Assembly: GCA_017537515.1 (NCBI GenBank)
Contig: JAFYKO010000170.1
Coordinates: 1,487 to 65,486, forward strand
Direction: 5' to 3'
From: Clostridia bacterium
GTDB taxonomy: Bacteria > Bacillota > Clostridia > Christensenellales > UBA1242
DNA length: 64,000 bases
The notes under the pieces were generated by a model. The model worked only from the letters and a program-made list of their open reading frames with translations, was not told the origin of the DNA and made no database searches. The translations under genes and the position numbers were made by a program. Position 1 is the stretch's first letter, and every line of letters starts with the position of its first letter. This document shows positions 52,871-61,464 of this stretch, piece by piece.

Positions 52871-53512
52871 ATGGATTTGAAAGATACAGTCAATTATGAA
52901 AATGGGGTTATTTGTGATTTGTATAACCAAGGTTATACGTTACGGCACATAGGCGAAAAATTAAATAGGGACCACCATTATGTTAAACGAAGATTGCTTG
53001 AAAATAACATACCGATTGTAAGCAGAAAAACAAAGAAACCTTATACAGAGGAACATCGCAGAAAAATATCGTTGACTAGTAAAGGCAGGGTTCCGTGGTC
53101 TAGGGGTAAACATATGTCCCGTGAGTGTAATCTAAAAAATATGCTTACACATTTAAGGTATTCTGTTGACTATGAATGGCTTAATTCATTTGAAGATATA
53201 GAAAAATTAAAGTTTCTTAATAGGGCTATATCTAGGAAAAGGGACTGCATAGGGTTCACTACCGAAGATTATAAAGCATTTATAGCAAAATTTTACAACG
53301 ACCCTAAATTTAATGAATTATATGCTAAATGGCTAAAAACAAAAGATAAATGGATTAAGCCATCGTTAGACCATATAATTGCAAAATCCGACGGTGGTAG
53401 CCTAACTATTGAGAATTTACGATTCATTAGTTGGTTTGAAAACCGTGCAAAAGAGTCTATATCTTGTGAGAAATGGGAGCAAATGAAGAAAAACATTAAA
53501 TACTACCTATGA
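52871..53512 (+). CDS. HNH homing endonuclease (N-terminal HTH + NUMOD3-like + C-terminal HNH), AT-rich
   Basis: YTEEHRRKISLTSKGRVPW (NUMOD3-like). PSLDHIIAKSDGGSLTIENLRFISWFENRAK (HNH). The ATG is 2 nt after the polymerase stop. Confidence 0.75.
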   Translation: MDLKDTVNYENGVICDLYNQGYTLRHIGEKLNRDHHYVKRRLLENNIPIVSRKTKKPYTEEHRRKISLTSKGRVPWSRGKHMSRECNLKNMLTHLRYSVDYEWLNSFEDIEKLKFLNRAISRKRDCIGFTTEDYKAFIAKFYNDPKFNELYAKWLKTKDKWIKPSLDHIIAKSDGGSLTIENLRFISWFENRAKESISCEKWEQMKKNIKYYL

Positions 53513-53542
53513 TGTAGTGTAATAATTAGCCATTATTCAAGT

Positions 53543-53563
53543 TTGACACTATACGACTATATA
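53543..53563 (+). promoter_or_regulatory. class-II motif TTGACACTATACGACTATATA
   Basis: TTGACA, 9 nt, TATATA. Followed by a leader with AAGGAAC and the ATG at 53583. Confidence 0.5.
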
Positions 53564-53582
53564 ACAATTAAGGAACACAACT

Positions 53583-53912
53583 ATGTCTAATTTTCAAGTT
53601 GCTAAAAAATCCCTTCAAGCCATTCAAGCGGTAGTCACCGAAGCCCTTGATAATCTTGACAGGCTCCCGCCCGAAGAAGTCGTTCCTGTGGATAGGGCTA
53701 TCAATGCCGTCCACGAATGTGCCCAGGGCTACGAAGACCACATTAACAATTTGTCCGTGGAATCGTGCTGCTACATTCTGCTTAACAAGTATCTTGAACG
53801 CACCCCGACCCATACGGAAGTCACTACGTTCAAGTCTGTTATGGAACTTACGCTGCACAACAATTTCGGTGTTCCCACGGAAAAGTTTGAAACACCTAAA
53901 ACCGAGGAATAA
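53583..53912 (+). CDS. hypothetical protein (109 aa)
   Basis: Plus-arm ORF downstream of a class-II motif. Confidence 0.55.
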   Translation: MSNFQVAKKSLQAIQAVVTEALDNLDRLPPEEVVPVDRAINAVHECAQGYEDHINNLSVESCCYILLNKYLERTPTHTEVTTFKSVMELTLHNNFGVPTEKFETPKTEE

Positions 53913-53915
53913 CCT

Positions 53916-54278
53916 ATGATTGATAACAACACGGACGAAGTTTCCGAAAAACTGAAAGAAGCACGGGAAGCACTTTCCGAAGAAACCATTGACAAAATCA
54001 AGGAAGCCGAAGAAGCGTTCAATGAATGCGTCGCCAGGTATGAATCCGAAATTGAAGACCTTCAAGGCATTATTGACGATAGGGACTCCGAAATTGCGGA
54101 ACTGAATGACAAGATTGAAGAAATGCAAAGCACAACAGGCGACCTTGAAGACTACGCTGCAAAAATGCTTCAAGCGTTCACTGGTCACGAACCGTCTATG
54201 GGCGAAGTGCTTTCACTCAAAGAAGACCTTGAAAAACTCTTAACCACCAAACACAACATTCCCCTGGGGTACTTGTAA
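53916..54278 (+). CDS. hypothetical acidic coiled-coil protein (120 aa)
   Basis: ATG after AACCGAGGAATAACCT. E/D-rich. Confidence 0.55.
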   Translation: MIDNNTDEVSEKLKEAREALSEETIDKIKEAEEAFNECVARYESEIEDLQGIIDDRDSEIAELNDKIEEMQSTTGDLEDYAAKMLQAFTGHEPSMGEVLSLKEDLEKLLTTKHNIPLGYL

Positions 54279-54279
54279 T

Positions 54280-55224
54280 ATGTCACTTTACAACGTATAT
54301 CGTCCGAAGACGTTTGCCGAAATGCTCGGAAATACCGAAGTCATCAACGCAGTCCAAACCCATTTCGCACAGGACCCGAAGCGTGTGTCCCACTGCCATA
54401 TCTTCTATGGTCCTAGCGGGACGGGTAAGACTACAATCGCCCGCATTATCGCTACGGAACTGCTTCACGCTGACCCCGATTTCAGCATTCACGAAATCAA
54501 TACGTCCGACAACCGTGGTATTGATACCGTCCGTGAAATCCGTGAACAGATGCGTGGTTTGCCCCTTAAAGGCAAGGCTGTTGTGTATATCATTGACGAA
54601 GCCCACGGAATGACCGCAGACGCTAAACGTGCATTCTTGAAGCCGACCGAGGATATGCCGTCCCACGTCTATTTCTTCTTCTGCACCACGAACCTTACGC
54701 AGTTGCTCAAAGGCGACGAAGGCAAGGCTCTTGGAACCCGCAGCACTCAATGGAAGTTGGAACCGCTCAACGCTCGTCAGTTGGGCAAGTTGGTGCTTCG
54801 CACTGCCGAAGTTGAAAAGTTCAATGTGGACGACAGGGTGCTTACTAAAATCATTGAGTTTGCGGACGGCTCGCCCCGTTCTGCCTTGAAAGCCCTTGAA
54901 AAAGTAATGTCTAGCCCCGACGACATTGAAGCACAGTTGAAGACCCTGGAGGGCGGTCTTGAAGACGACCCGAACACCTTGGAGTTCTGCCGTGCCGTTT
55001 GTGCGGGTAAGCCGAATTGGAAAGAAATCAATGCAATCTTGCGTGAAATGAAGGGCAAGGTGGACGCTGAAACCGTCCGTCGTGGTGTCCTGGGCTACTG
55101 CACTGCCATTATGCTCAAAAATGGCAGCGAGCGTATCTGCCGTGTTATGGAGGAATTTGCTATCCCGACCTATGACACGGGCTTCCCTGGTCTTGTCCTG
55201 GCTGCTTACAGGTCTATGAAGTAA
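54280..55224 (+). CDS. AAA+ clamp-loader subunit (DnaX/RFC-like)
   Basis: YRPKTFAEMLGN...IFYGPSGTGKTTIARIIA (Walker A)...VYIIDEAHGMT (Walker B)...GSPRSAL (sensor-2 region). Confidence 0.75.
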   Translation: MSLYNVYRPKTFAEMLGNTEVINAVQTHFAQDPKRVSHCHIFYGPSGTGKTTIARIIATELLHADPDFSIHEINTSDNRGIDTVREIREQMRGLPLKGKAVVYIIDEAHGMTADAKRAFLKPTEDMPSHVYFFFCTTNLTQLLKGDEGKALGTRSTQWKLEPLNARQLGKLVLRTAEVEKFNVDDRVLTKIIEFADGSPRSALKALEKVMSSPDDIEAQLKTLEGGLEDDPNTLEFCRAVCAGKPNWKEINAILREMKGKVDAETVRRGVLGYCTAIMLKNGSERICRVMEEFAIPTYDTGFPGLVLAAYRSMK

Positions 55225-55232
55225 ATATGGTC

Positions 55233-55305
55233 GGACGTGTAGCACAATGGTTGGTGCGACGGACTCATAACCCGTTGGTTGCAGGTTCAAGTCCTGTCAC
55301 GTCCA
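55233..55305 (+). tRNA. tRNA with CAU anticodon (elongator Met or lysidine-modified Ile2 type)
   Basis: Hand fold, 73 nt. Acceptor GGACGTG/CACGTCC, T8. D arm GCAC-AATGGTTG-GTGC. Anticodon arm ACGGA-CTCATAA-CCCGT with an A31-C39 mismatch. Variable loop TGGTT. T arm GCAGG-TTCAAGT-CCTGT. Discriminator A. No encoded CCA. The G1-C72 pair argues against an initiator. Confidence 0.85.
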
Positions 55306-55339
55306 TTATTTGATTAACCCTTAAACAAAAGGAACCCTT

Positions 55340-55828
55340 ATGAACGGGAACTATAACTTTTCCATAAATACGATTGACCCCGACTTGGAAATTGACTTTA
55401 TGGATTTGCAGCCCGCAGTGGCTATGCAGTCGTCCCTGTATGCCTATTACAGTGACCTGGCGGTGGATGCCCTTGCGGAGCGTGACGAAGCAGCGGACAC
55501 CCTCAAACGAATGGAGGGCGAAGTTGAACTTGAAATCCGCAAGAACGCAGAAGCCAATAAGCAAAAACTGACAATCCCCGAAGTCACAGCTCTGGTTGCG
55601 TCCGACTCCCGCCTGGTAGAACAGCGTAGGGTAATCGTTGAAAAGACAAAGGAATTTAAGAAGTTGGACGGCAAGGTAAAGGCTTTGGACCAAAAGAAGT
55701 CTATGATTGAATGTGCCGTCCGAATGATGCTTTCCAAGTCTAACGTGTTGAGCAGCAAGGGCGTAGCCGACGATTGGGCTGCGGATGAATCGCAGAACGC
55801 TATCCGCAGACGCTTGAATGGCAGGTAA
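55340..55828 (+). CDS. hypothetical protein (162 aa)
   Basis: Plus-arm ORF with AAGGAAC upstream. Helical, charged. Confidence 0.6.
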   Translation: MNGNYNFSINTIDPDLEIDFMDLQPAVAMQSSLYAYYSDLAVDALAERDEAADTLKRMEGEVELEIRKNAEANKQKLTIPEVTALVASDSRLVEQRRVIVEKTKEFKKLDGKVKALDQKKSMIECAVRMMLSKSNVLSSKGVADDWAADESQNAIRRRLNGR

Positions 55829-55859
55829 TTCAAAGTTTTCAGTAGGGCATATAGCAATT

Positions 55860-55979
55860 TTGACGCTATGTTGCTATATTGAATTAACGCCCCTGTGGGA
55901 TTCTCCGTCCCTATGGGGCAAGTGAACAGTGAACAGAAATAAACAGCAAACAGCAAACTAAAACAAATAGGAGTCCAAT
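55860..55979 (+). promoter_or_regulatory. class-II promoter motif plus a long structured/CA-rich 5' leader of the SSB-like gene
   Basis: TTGACGCTATGTTGCTATATT (55860-80). Then hairpin GCCCC-TGT-GGGA...TCCC-TAT-GGGGC. Then GTGAACA x2 and AAACAGC x2 repeats. Then AATAGGAG before the ATG. Confidence 0.5.
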
Positions 55980-57401
55980 ATGGCAGGATATGACCGCAGC
56001 CGTATGTCCCTGGGTCGTCGCACCCAACAGCAAACAGATACCCGTGAATCCAACGGTGGCTTGTCCCGCCAGGGATTTATGAACTACGCCACTTGCAAGT
56101 TGAAATTCTTCAAGATGGGCGACCCTGGCACGTATCACGACATTAACATTCTTCCCTGGAAGATTTCTTCCAAGAACCACCCCGAAGTCATTCGCACAAA
56201 GGACGAACCCGAATTTCTCCGTAATGGCGAACCGAACCCCGCAAAGGTTATGGTGGGCGACCTTGACTACGTGCTTGACGTGATGGTTCATACCCGCATT
56301 GGACCCAACAATGGCGATTACCTGTGCTTGAAGAAGAACTTTGGTAAGCCGTGCCCGATTTGCGAACGTGCCGAAGAACTCAACAAGGACAACCGCACGA
56401 AAGAAGAAGCAAAGAAACTCTTTGCAAAGCGTAAGTGCGTTTACGTCGTCCAGGAACTTGACGACCAATTCTATGACAAGGGCGAAGACCCGAAGATTTT
56501 TGAAGTGTCCCACCCTGTCTTCTCCAAGGATTTGCAGGACCGTGCTACCGCCTGTATGCGTGGCAAGGGCATTGTGAACTTTTCCGACACTTCCATTGAA
56601 GAGGGTCGTGTCGTGTCGTTCAACGTGAACGAAGAATCTATGGGTAATGGCAAGAAGTTCAAGAAGGCTGCGAACTTTGAGTTCAACGAACGCAAGGAAG
56701 AAATTGACCCTGCCGTTCTCGCAAAGTGCCCGTCGCTTGACTCTATGATGGTTATCAAGACCTACGACCAACTCAAATCCGCTCTCTATGGCGACCCCGA
56801 TGACGTTGAAGCCGATTTTGACAATCAGCCCGACGAAGCCGAAGAATCCACGCCTGCACGTTTCCGTGATAACGCCCCGTCGGATTATGGTGACGAACAG
56901 CCGAACAGCCGTCGTCGTCCCGCACAGGACGAAGTTGAAGCCGACGAACCTGTGAACACTCCCCGTCGTCGTGCTGCCGAAGAACCGCAGGATGAAGCCC
57001 CTGCCCGTCGTCAGCGTCCCGCCCAGGACGAAGCCCCTGCCCGTTTCAGTGACAACGAACCGAAGGACAAGGGACCGCTTGACGAAGCCGACTTTGACAG
57101 CGACCCTTACACCGCTGCCCGTCGCAACTCTCGCAAGACTGCCGTGGACCAGGACACTTCCAAGGAAACGACTACCCGTGCTGAAACTCCCGCACCGACT
57201 ATGCCGTTTGACGACGATGAACAGCCCGAAGAAAAGCAGCCTGCGAAGACTACACCGAAGCGTGAAGTTGCCGATGGCGAATGCCCGAATGGTTATGAGT
57301 TCGGGACCGACTGCGAAAACCAACCGTTGTGCAGCAAGTGTCCCGATGCCATTTGGTCCAAGTGCGACAAGTGCAAACGCTTGATGGCTCGCAAGAAGTA
57401 A
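55980..57401 (+). CDS. putative ssDNA-binding protein (gp32-like Zn-containing N-terminal part, disordered acidic/Arg repeat tail, C-terminal Cys cluster)
   Basis: The call rests on position between the clamp loader and the recombinase, plus the motif HTRIGPNNGDYLCLKKNFGKPCPICE. The tail has repeats RRRPAQDE / RRQRPAQDEAPAR. The protein ends CSKCPDAIWSKCDKCK. Confidence 0.4.
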   Translation: MAGYDRSRMSLGRRTQQQTDTRESNGGLSRQGFMNYATCKLKFFKMGDPGTYHDINILPWKISSKNHPEVIRTKDEPEFLRNGEPNPAKVMVGDLDYVLDVMVHTRIGPNNGDYLCLKKNFGKPCPICERAEELNKDNRTKEEAKKLFAKRKCVYVVQELDDQFYDKGEDPKIFEVSHPVFSKDLQDRATACMRGKGIVNFSDTSIEEGRVVSFNVNEESMGNGKKFKKAANFEFNERKEEIDPAVLAKCPSLDSMMVIKTYDQLKSALYGDPDDVEADFDNQPDEAEESTPARFRDNAPSDYGDEQPNSRRRPAQDEVEADEPVNTPRRRAAEEPQDEAPARRQRPAQDEAPARFSDNEPKDKGPLDEADFDSDPYTAARRNSRKTAVDQDTSKETTTRAETPAPTMPFDDDEQPEEKQPAKTTPKREVADGECPNGYEFGTDCENQPLCSKCPDAIWSKCDKCKRLMARKK

Positions 57402-57420
57402 TTAAACCCGTAAACATAGA

Positions 57421-57453
57421 GGGGGCGTTGGCTCACGCTAACGCCCCTTTTTA
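57421..57453 (+). terminator. rho-independent terminator
   Basis: GGGGCGTT (57422-29) pairs with AACGCCCC (57440-47). TTTTT follows. Confidence 0.75.
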
Positions 57454-57468
57454 ACCCAGGATATTACT

Positions 57469-58797
57469 ATGGCAAAAAAGAAAGAAAACGTGGTTGTGGA
57501 AGAACCCCGTGTTAGAATGGGCAGCGATTTGCTTGACTTGCTCATTGGTGGCGACAAGAACGTTTATGGATTGCCGTTCGGTGCTATCATCCAAATTTGG
57601 GGCGATAGTTCTGCGGGCAAGACCTTTATCAAGAACGAAATGATTGCCTCTACCTATTGGGCTATGGGCGGTCCGAAAGCGAAGTTGGTATGGGAATCCG
57701 ACGACAGCGAAACGGGCGATACGTTCAAGACCGAACGCCTGTATGGTGTGAATATCCACCCCGAAGTCCGTAAGATTGGTCCGCTCAAATTTGAAGACTC
57801 CGAAACCGTTGAAGAAATGGACGGCAAACTTACGAATATGCTGAATTGGATGCCCGAAGATATGTATGGTATCTATGCCGTGGACTCCCTTGACGGCTTG
57901 GCTGACAAGACCAAAAAGGAAAAGGAAGCCAAACGTGCAAAGCAGCAGGCAAAGGGTGAAGAAGTCAAGGACGATGGCGACTATGGTGCCCAAATCGCAA
58001 AGTTCTTGTCCCAGGACTTTTTCCGAAACAAGCACAAGGCTCTTGAACGCAAGAAACTTACGCTTATTATCGTGTCGCAGACCCGCTGCAACTTCGGTGC
58101 CGTCGGTGCGTTCGCCCCGAAGAAAAAGACAGGCAACGGTGACGCTATGGAGTTCTACTGCCATACACGCTTGAAGTTGTCCAGGCTCGCCTTTATTGAG
58201 CGTGAGGGCACAAAGGTAGGCGTGGTCGTAAAGGCTGTCACTACGAAATCCAAGACTCCCCGTCCGTTCCGTGAAATTGTCTATACCGCCTACTTTGATT
58301 ACGGTATTGACAATATCGGCTCCAACATTGACTACCTGTTTGACTTGCGTGGCGACGATGGTAAATTAGGTAAGGCTGCTAACGCTATTGCGTGGAGTGC
58401 CAACGCTAAAAAGAAGTCGCTCACGAATCTCAAGGATTGGCTCAAAAAGATGGATTGGGAACGTGACTGCAAAGCGGACCTTAAAGCAGCCTGCGACGGC
58501 AAGAGCAATCTTTCCGTGGATTGGATTATCGGTTGGGCTACCGAGGACCCCGAACGTAAGATTGCGTTTGACGAAGAATTTGGCGAGGAATTTACCCGTG
58601 ACGAACTTATTAAGTTGTGCGAGGACAATCCCGAAATGGCGAAAGAACTCACAGAACGTGTAAGGGCTAAATGGGAAGAACACGAAGACGCTGTGGCAAC
58701 AAAGCGTCCCGCCAAATACGGCAATAACTATGCGGTCCAGGCTGCGAACGAACCTACGGACGAACCTACCGAAGAACCCGCAGAAGCAACAGCCTAA
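57469..58797 (+). CDS. RecA-superfamily recombinase (UvsX/RecA-like)
   Basis: GLPFGAIIQIWGDSSAGKTFI (Walker A), IYAVDSLDGL (Walker B), LTLIIVSQTR. Confidence 0.7.
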   Translation: MAKKKENVVVEEPRVRMGSDLLDLLIGGDKNVYGLPFGAIIQIWGDSSAGKTFIKNEMIASTYWAMGGPKAKLVWESDDSETGDTFKTERLYGVNIHPEVRKIGPLKFEDSETVEEMDGKLTNMLNWMPEDMYGIYAVDSLDGLADKTKKEKEAKRAKQQAKGEEVKDDGDYGAQIAKFLSQDFFRNKHKALERKKLTLIIVSQTRCNFGAVGAFAPKKKTGNGDAMEFYCHTRLKLSRLAFIEREGTKVGVVVKAVTTKSKTPRPFREIVYTAYFDYGIDNIGSNIDYLFDLRGDDGKLGKAANAIAWSANAKKKSLTNLKDWLKKMDWERDCKADLKAACDGKSNLSVDWIIGWATEDPERKIAFDEEFGEEFTRDELIKLCEDNPEMAKELTERVRAKWEEHEDAVATKRPAKYGNNYAVQAANEPTDEPTEEPAEATA

Positions 58798-58823
58798 AAA
58801 GCCGTTATCTACCTATATTTGTA

Positions 58824-58857
58824 GTAGTGGGGTGTGGTGCCCCGCTACTTTTATTTT
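58824..58857 (+). terminator. rho-independent terminator
   Basis: GTAGTGGGG (58824-32) pairs with CCCCGCTAC (58840-48), including one G-U pair. TTTTATTTT follows. Confidence 0.75.
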
Positions 58858-58865
58858 AAGGATTT

Positions 58866-59075
58866 ATGGATATTCTACAATTTTGGAAAAAACTGAACGC
58901 TATCGTGAAAACACGCACCCCTATGGATTCTGCACGTAAAATGGTTGAGTCGGGCGAAATCACGAAAGAAGAAGTGTCCTGGGCACTTGCAGCGTTGGCT
59001 ACCTTACCGATTACTATGCTTGAAACTTTGAGCGACAAGGAAAAGTATAAACGTGGAATTGAACAAACTCTATAA
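58866..59075 (+). CDS. hypothetical protein (69 aa)
   Basis: Plus-arm ORF. Overlaps the methyltransferase GTG start by 23 nt. Confidence 0.45.
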   Translation: MDILQFWKKLNAIVKTRTPMDSARKMVESGEITKEEVSWALAALATLPITMLETLSDKEKYKRGIEQTL

Positions 59076-59737
59076 TATGGATTGCCTGGAATATATGTCC
59101 AGGCTTGAAGACAACTGCGTGGATTTGGTTCTTACAGATATTCCGTATGACGAATGTTCCGATAGGGAAGAGGGCGGGCTGCGTCACATTAACAAGGACA
59201 CTGCCGACGTGCTTACGTTCCCCTTGGGAAAATTTATGGACGAAGTAATCCGTATCTGTAAGGGAAGTATTTATATTTTTTTGCGGAACCGAACAGGTTT
59301 CTACGCTGCGTAAAGCGGGCGTTGACAAGGGTCTTTCTACCCGCCTTTGCATTTGGGAAAAGACTAACCCATCGCCAATGAACGGGCAACACCTGTGGCT
59401 GTCTTCGGTGGAATGCTGCGTGTTTATGCGTAAGTCTAACGCCACGTTCAATGAGTTCTGCCAATCCCCCGTGTGGCGACTCCCCTGTGGGTCTAGTAAG
59501 CGACACCCCACTGAAAAGCCCCTGGAATTGTTTAGACGGCTTGTAAGGGCTAGTTCCAATCACGGGGACATTGTGTTTGACCCTTGCATTGGAAGCGGAA
59601 CCACCGCAGAAGCAGCCGTGTTGGAAGGACGAAAGTTTATCGGGACCGAATTGTGTAAAGAATACTACGACGTTGCCAACAAACGTCTGCGACACCTTAC
59701 GGGTCCGTTCTATCTGTTCGGCAACATTGGAGTATAA
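59053..59737 (+). pseudogene. beta-class DNA methyltransferase paralogue, frameshifted at a T7 run (59276-59282)
   Basis: Frame A: VELNKLYNMDCLEYM...LVLTDIPY...GSIYIF, then a stop at 59311-13. Frame B continues CGTEQVSTLRKAGVDKGLSTRLCIWEKTNPSPMNGQ...HPTEKP...FDPCIGSGTT...LTGPFYLFGNIGV. Removing one T joins the two frames. Both ends align with the 23736..24584 methyltransferase. Confidence 0.8.
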
Positions 59738-59739
59738 CA

Positions 59740-60045
59740 ATGAAAGACGAAACCAAAAAAGTAATTGCCCTTTTGAAAGATGCGTGTCTTGACGTAGAAG
59801 ACGCTGAAACGTTCCTGGGCGACTGCGTGACGGACGAAACCCGTGACGATATTGTGGTCTATTACTTTGACGATTGCGACAGTATGACGTTCTATTACTA
59901 CCTGCACCCCGTCGGGGACGGCAAGTGGGAAGCAAAGAACGGGACTGCCGACGTTGACAACAACGTGATAGCCGAAGCAGACCTGGTGGCGTTCGCACGT
60001 GAACAGCAAGAGGACTATGACGCATACCATAACACGCTGACATAG
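59740..60045 (+). CDS. hypothetical acidic protein (101 aa)
   Basis: The ATG is 2 nt after the methyltransferase stop. Confidence 0.55.
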   Translation: MKDETKKVIALLKDACLDVEDAETFLGDCVTDETRDDIVVYYFDDCDSMTFYYYLHPVGDGKWEAKNGTADVDNNVIAEADLVAFAREQQEDYDAYHNTLT

Positions 60046-60064
60046 CCCCAGGCTACTTTCAAGT

Positions 60065-60085
60065 TTGACGCTATCTTTCTATATT
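60065..60085 (+). promoter_or_regulatory. class-II motif TTGACGCTATCTTTCTATATT driving a non-coding transcript
   Basis: TTGACG, 9 nt, TATATT. No ORF follows for ~260 nt. Confidence 0.5.
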
Positions 60086-60092
60086 ATAATTA

Positions 60093-60278
60093 CGGCACCT
60101 GGGTGGATAGGCGGGTAGGGTGGTTGCAAACGTCCTGCTTGCCGATAAGGGTGGACCTTCGCCATAAATGACAAGCCTTTTGCAAAAGGATTGTGCTGTC
60201 CGAAATTGGTAATAGATTCCGAAGCCCGTAGTAGGAAGTTCCCTTTTTCGGCTACTAGGTCGGTTCTAGCGGGTGCTG
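60093..60278 (+). ncRNA. candidate structured RNA 'element A' (~186 nt), family unknown
   Basis: Starts ~7 nt after the -10. Terminal helix CGGCACC (60093-99) pairs with GGTGCTG (60272-78). Internal hairpins: CCTTT-TGCA-AAAGG and TAGTAG...CTACTA. A U-rich tail follows. Shares four collinear blocks with element B. Confidence 0.4.
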
Positions 60279-60344
60279 TTATTTCTCAAATCTACGTGAG
60301 GTGCGATTACAATCTTTGCTATATTTATAGTAGCGAGGTATGCT

Positions 60345-61217
60345 ATGTATGAGTGCATTTATTGTAAGCAGCCATTTTCATCCGCAAGAGAAAAAGGCTA
60401 TCATCAGCGGTATTGTAAATTATCACCCTATTATGAAAAGCGTAAACTTGCGTTTCAATTAGCGGGTAAGAAAACTTCCGAAAACAATAAAGGTAAACAT
60501 TGGGTGCCTAGAACTCTTTATACGTTTACTTGTGAAAAATGTGGGATGTCTTTTAGTAAAGAATTAACAGACACACAGCGACGTAAAATGACACATTTCT
60601 TTTGTTCCAGGAAGTGTGCAAATAGTCGGAATAAGTCGGAATCAACTAAAAATAAAGTAAGTATGACCTTAAAGATTAGGGCATTTTTGAAAAAGACGGG
60701 TGAATCCGTATTTACAGGGTTCCATCCATTAAATACTTGTCGTAATTGCGGGGTTGAAATAAGCCGACGGGCTACATATTGTATTAAATGTTTCAAAAAA
60801 TGTATGGAATATACAGATAGCACAAGACTAAAATTGAGAGCAGCAGGGCTAAAGGCTGCTATGGCGAATGCTGAAAGTAAAAGGTCACTTAATGAAATAG
60901 AGTTCTGTAAAAAGTGTGAAACTACGTTCAAGTCAGTAAAGCATAATGAAGCATTGTTTAATGGATGGGACGCAGATATTATTATAGAAGACTATAAACT
61001 TGCTATCTTGTGGAATGGGGCGTGGCATTACAAGAAAATAAAGGAAAACCAATCCCTTTCTCAAATTCAAAATAGAGATAGCATAAAATTAAAAGAAATA
61101 CAGGCGTGTGGATATATTCCTTATGTAATAAAAGATATGGGTAAGGCTAATAAAGATAAAGTGGAAAGAGAGTTTGATGAACTATTAAATTTCATAAAAA
61201 GGCTTGATAGTAAATAA
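60345..61217 (+). CDS. AT-rich Cys-rich protein with a C-terminal endonuclease-like (PD-(D/E)xK / Vsr-DUF559-like) region; probable free-standing homing endonuclease
   Basis: Multiple CxxC pairs (CIYC, CEKC, CRNC, CIKC, CKKC). C-terminus reads GWDADIIIEDYKLAILWNGAWHYKK. Own promoter TGCTATATT (60317-25) and a GAGG SD. Composition is unlike the flanks. Confidence 0.4.
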   Translation: MYECIYCKQPFSSAREKGYHQRYCKLSPYYEKRKLAFQLAGKKTSENNKGKHWVPRTLYTFTCEKCGMSFSKELTDTQRRKMTHFFCSRKCANSRNKSESTKNKVSMTLKIRAFLKKTGESVFTGFHPLNTCRNCGVEISRRATYCIKCFKKCMEYTDSTRLKLRAAGLKAAMANAESKRSLNEIEFCKKCETTFKSVKHNEALFNGWDADIIIEDYKLAILWNGAWHYKKIKENQSLSQIQNRDSIKLKEIQACGYIPYVIKDMGKANKDKVEREFDELLNFIKRLDSK

Positions 61218-61257
61218 GTAATTACTAATTTTACGTTTGTAAAACGCCACAGGTGGC

Positions 61258-61464
61258 GAAACGAACCTGGGAGGTTGTGCGGTTTCCTAATTAAAAACGC
61301 TCCGATAAGGCTCCCGTCGGACCCAGGGGCTTCACGGGAACCGCAACCGTGGCTAATGGCAAGTGACCTGTAGGACTCTTGCGGGGGAAGTTCCCCACGG
61401 GACGTTGCACTAGATTGAAGTGCAGAATAGCCCCAACGAAAAGAGTAGGGTCGCTTTTGTGGTA
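61258..61464 (+). ncRNA. candidate structured RNA 'element B' (~200 nt), related to element A
   Basis: GC-rich with no ORF. Interleaved helices CCTGGG (61266-71)/CCCAGG (61322-27) and GGTTGTGCGGTTTCC (61273-87)/GGGAACCGCAACC (61336-48) form a pseudoknot-like arrangement. Also CCGTGG/CCACGG and the GGGGA-AGT-TCCCC hairpin. Confidence 0.4.

Noticed and set aside
50308-52893. 331-aa and 328-aa minus-strand ORFs (50308..51303 and 51907..52893)
   Set aside because: They are antisense to the DNA polymerase gene.
54283-57323. 335-aa and 470-aa minus-strand ORFs (54283..55290 and 55911..57323), plus 55265..55693 and 55447..55956
   Set aside because: They are antisense to the clamp-loader, tRNA, 162-aa and SSB-like genes. 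One of them would run through the tRNA.
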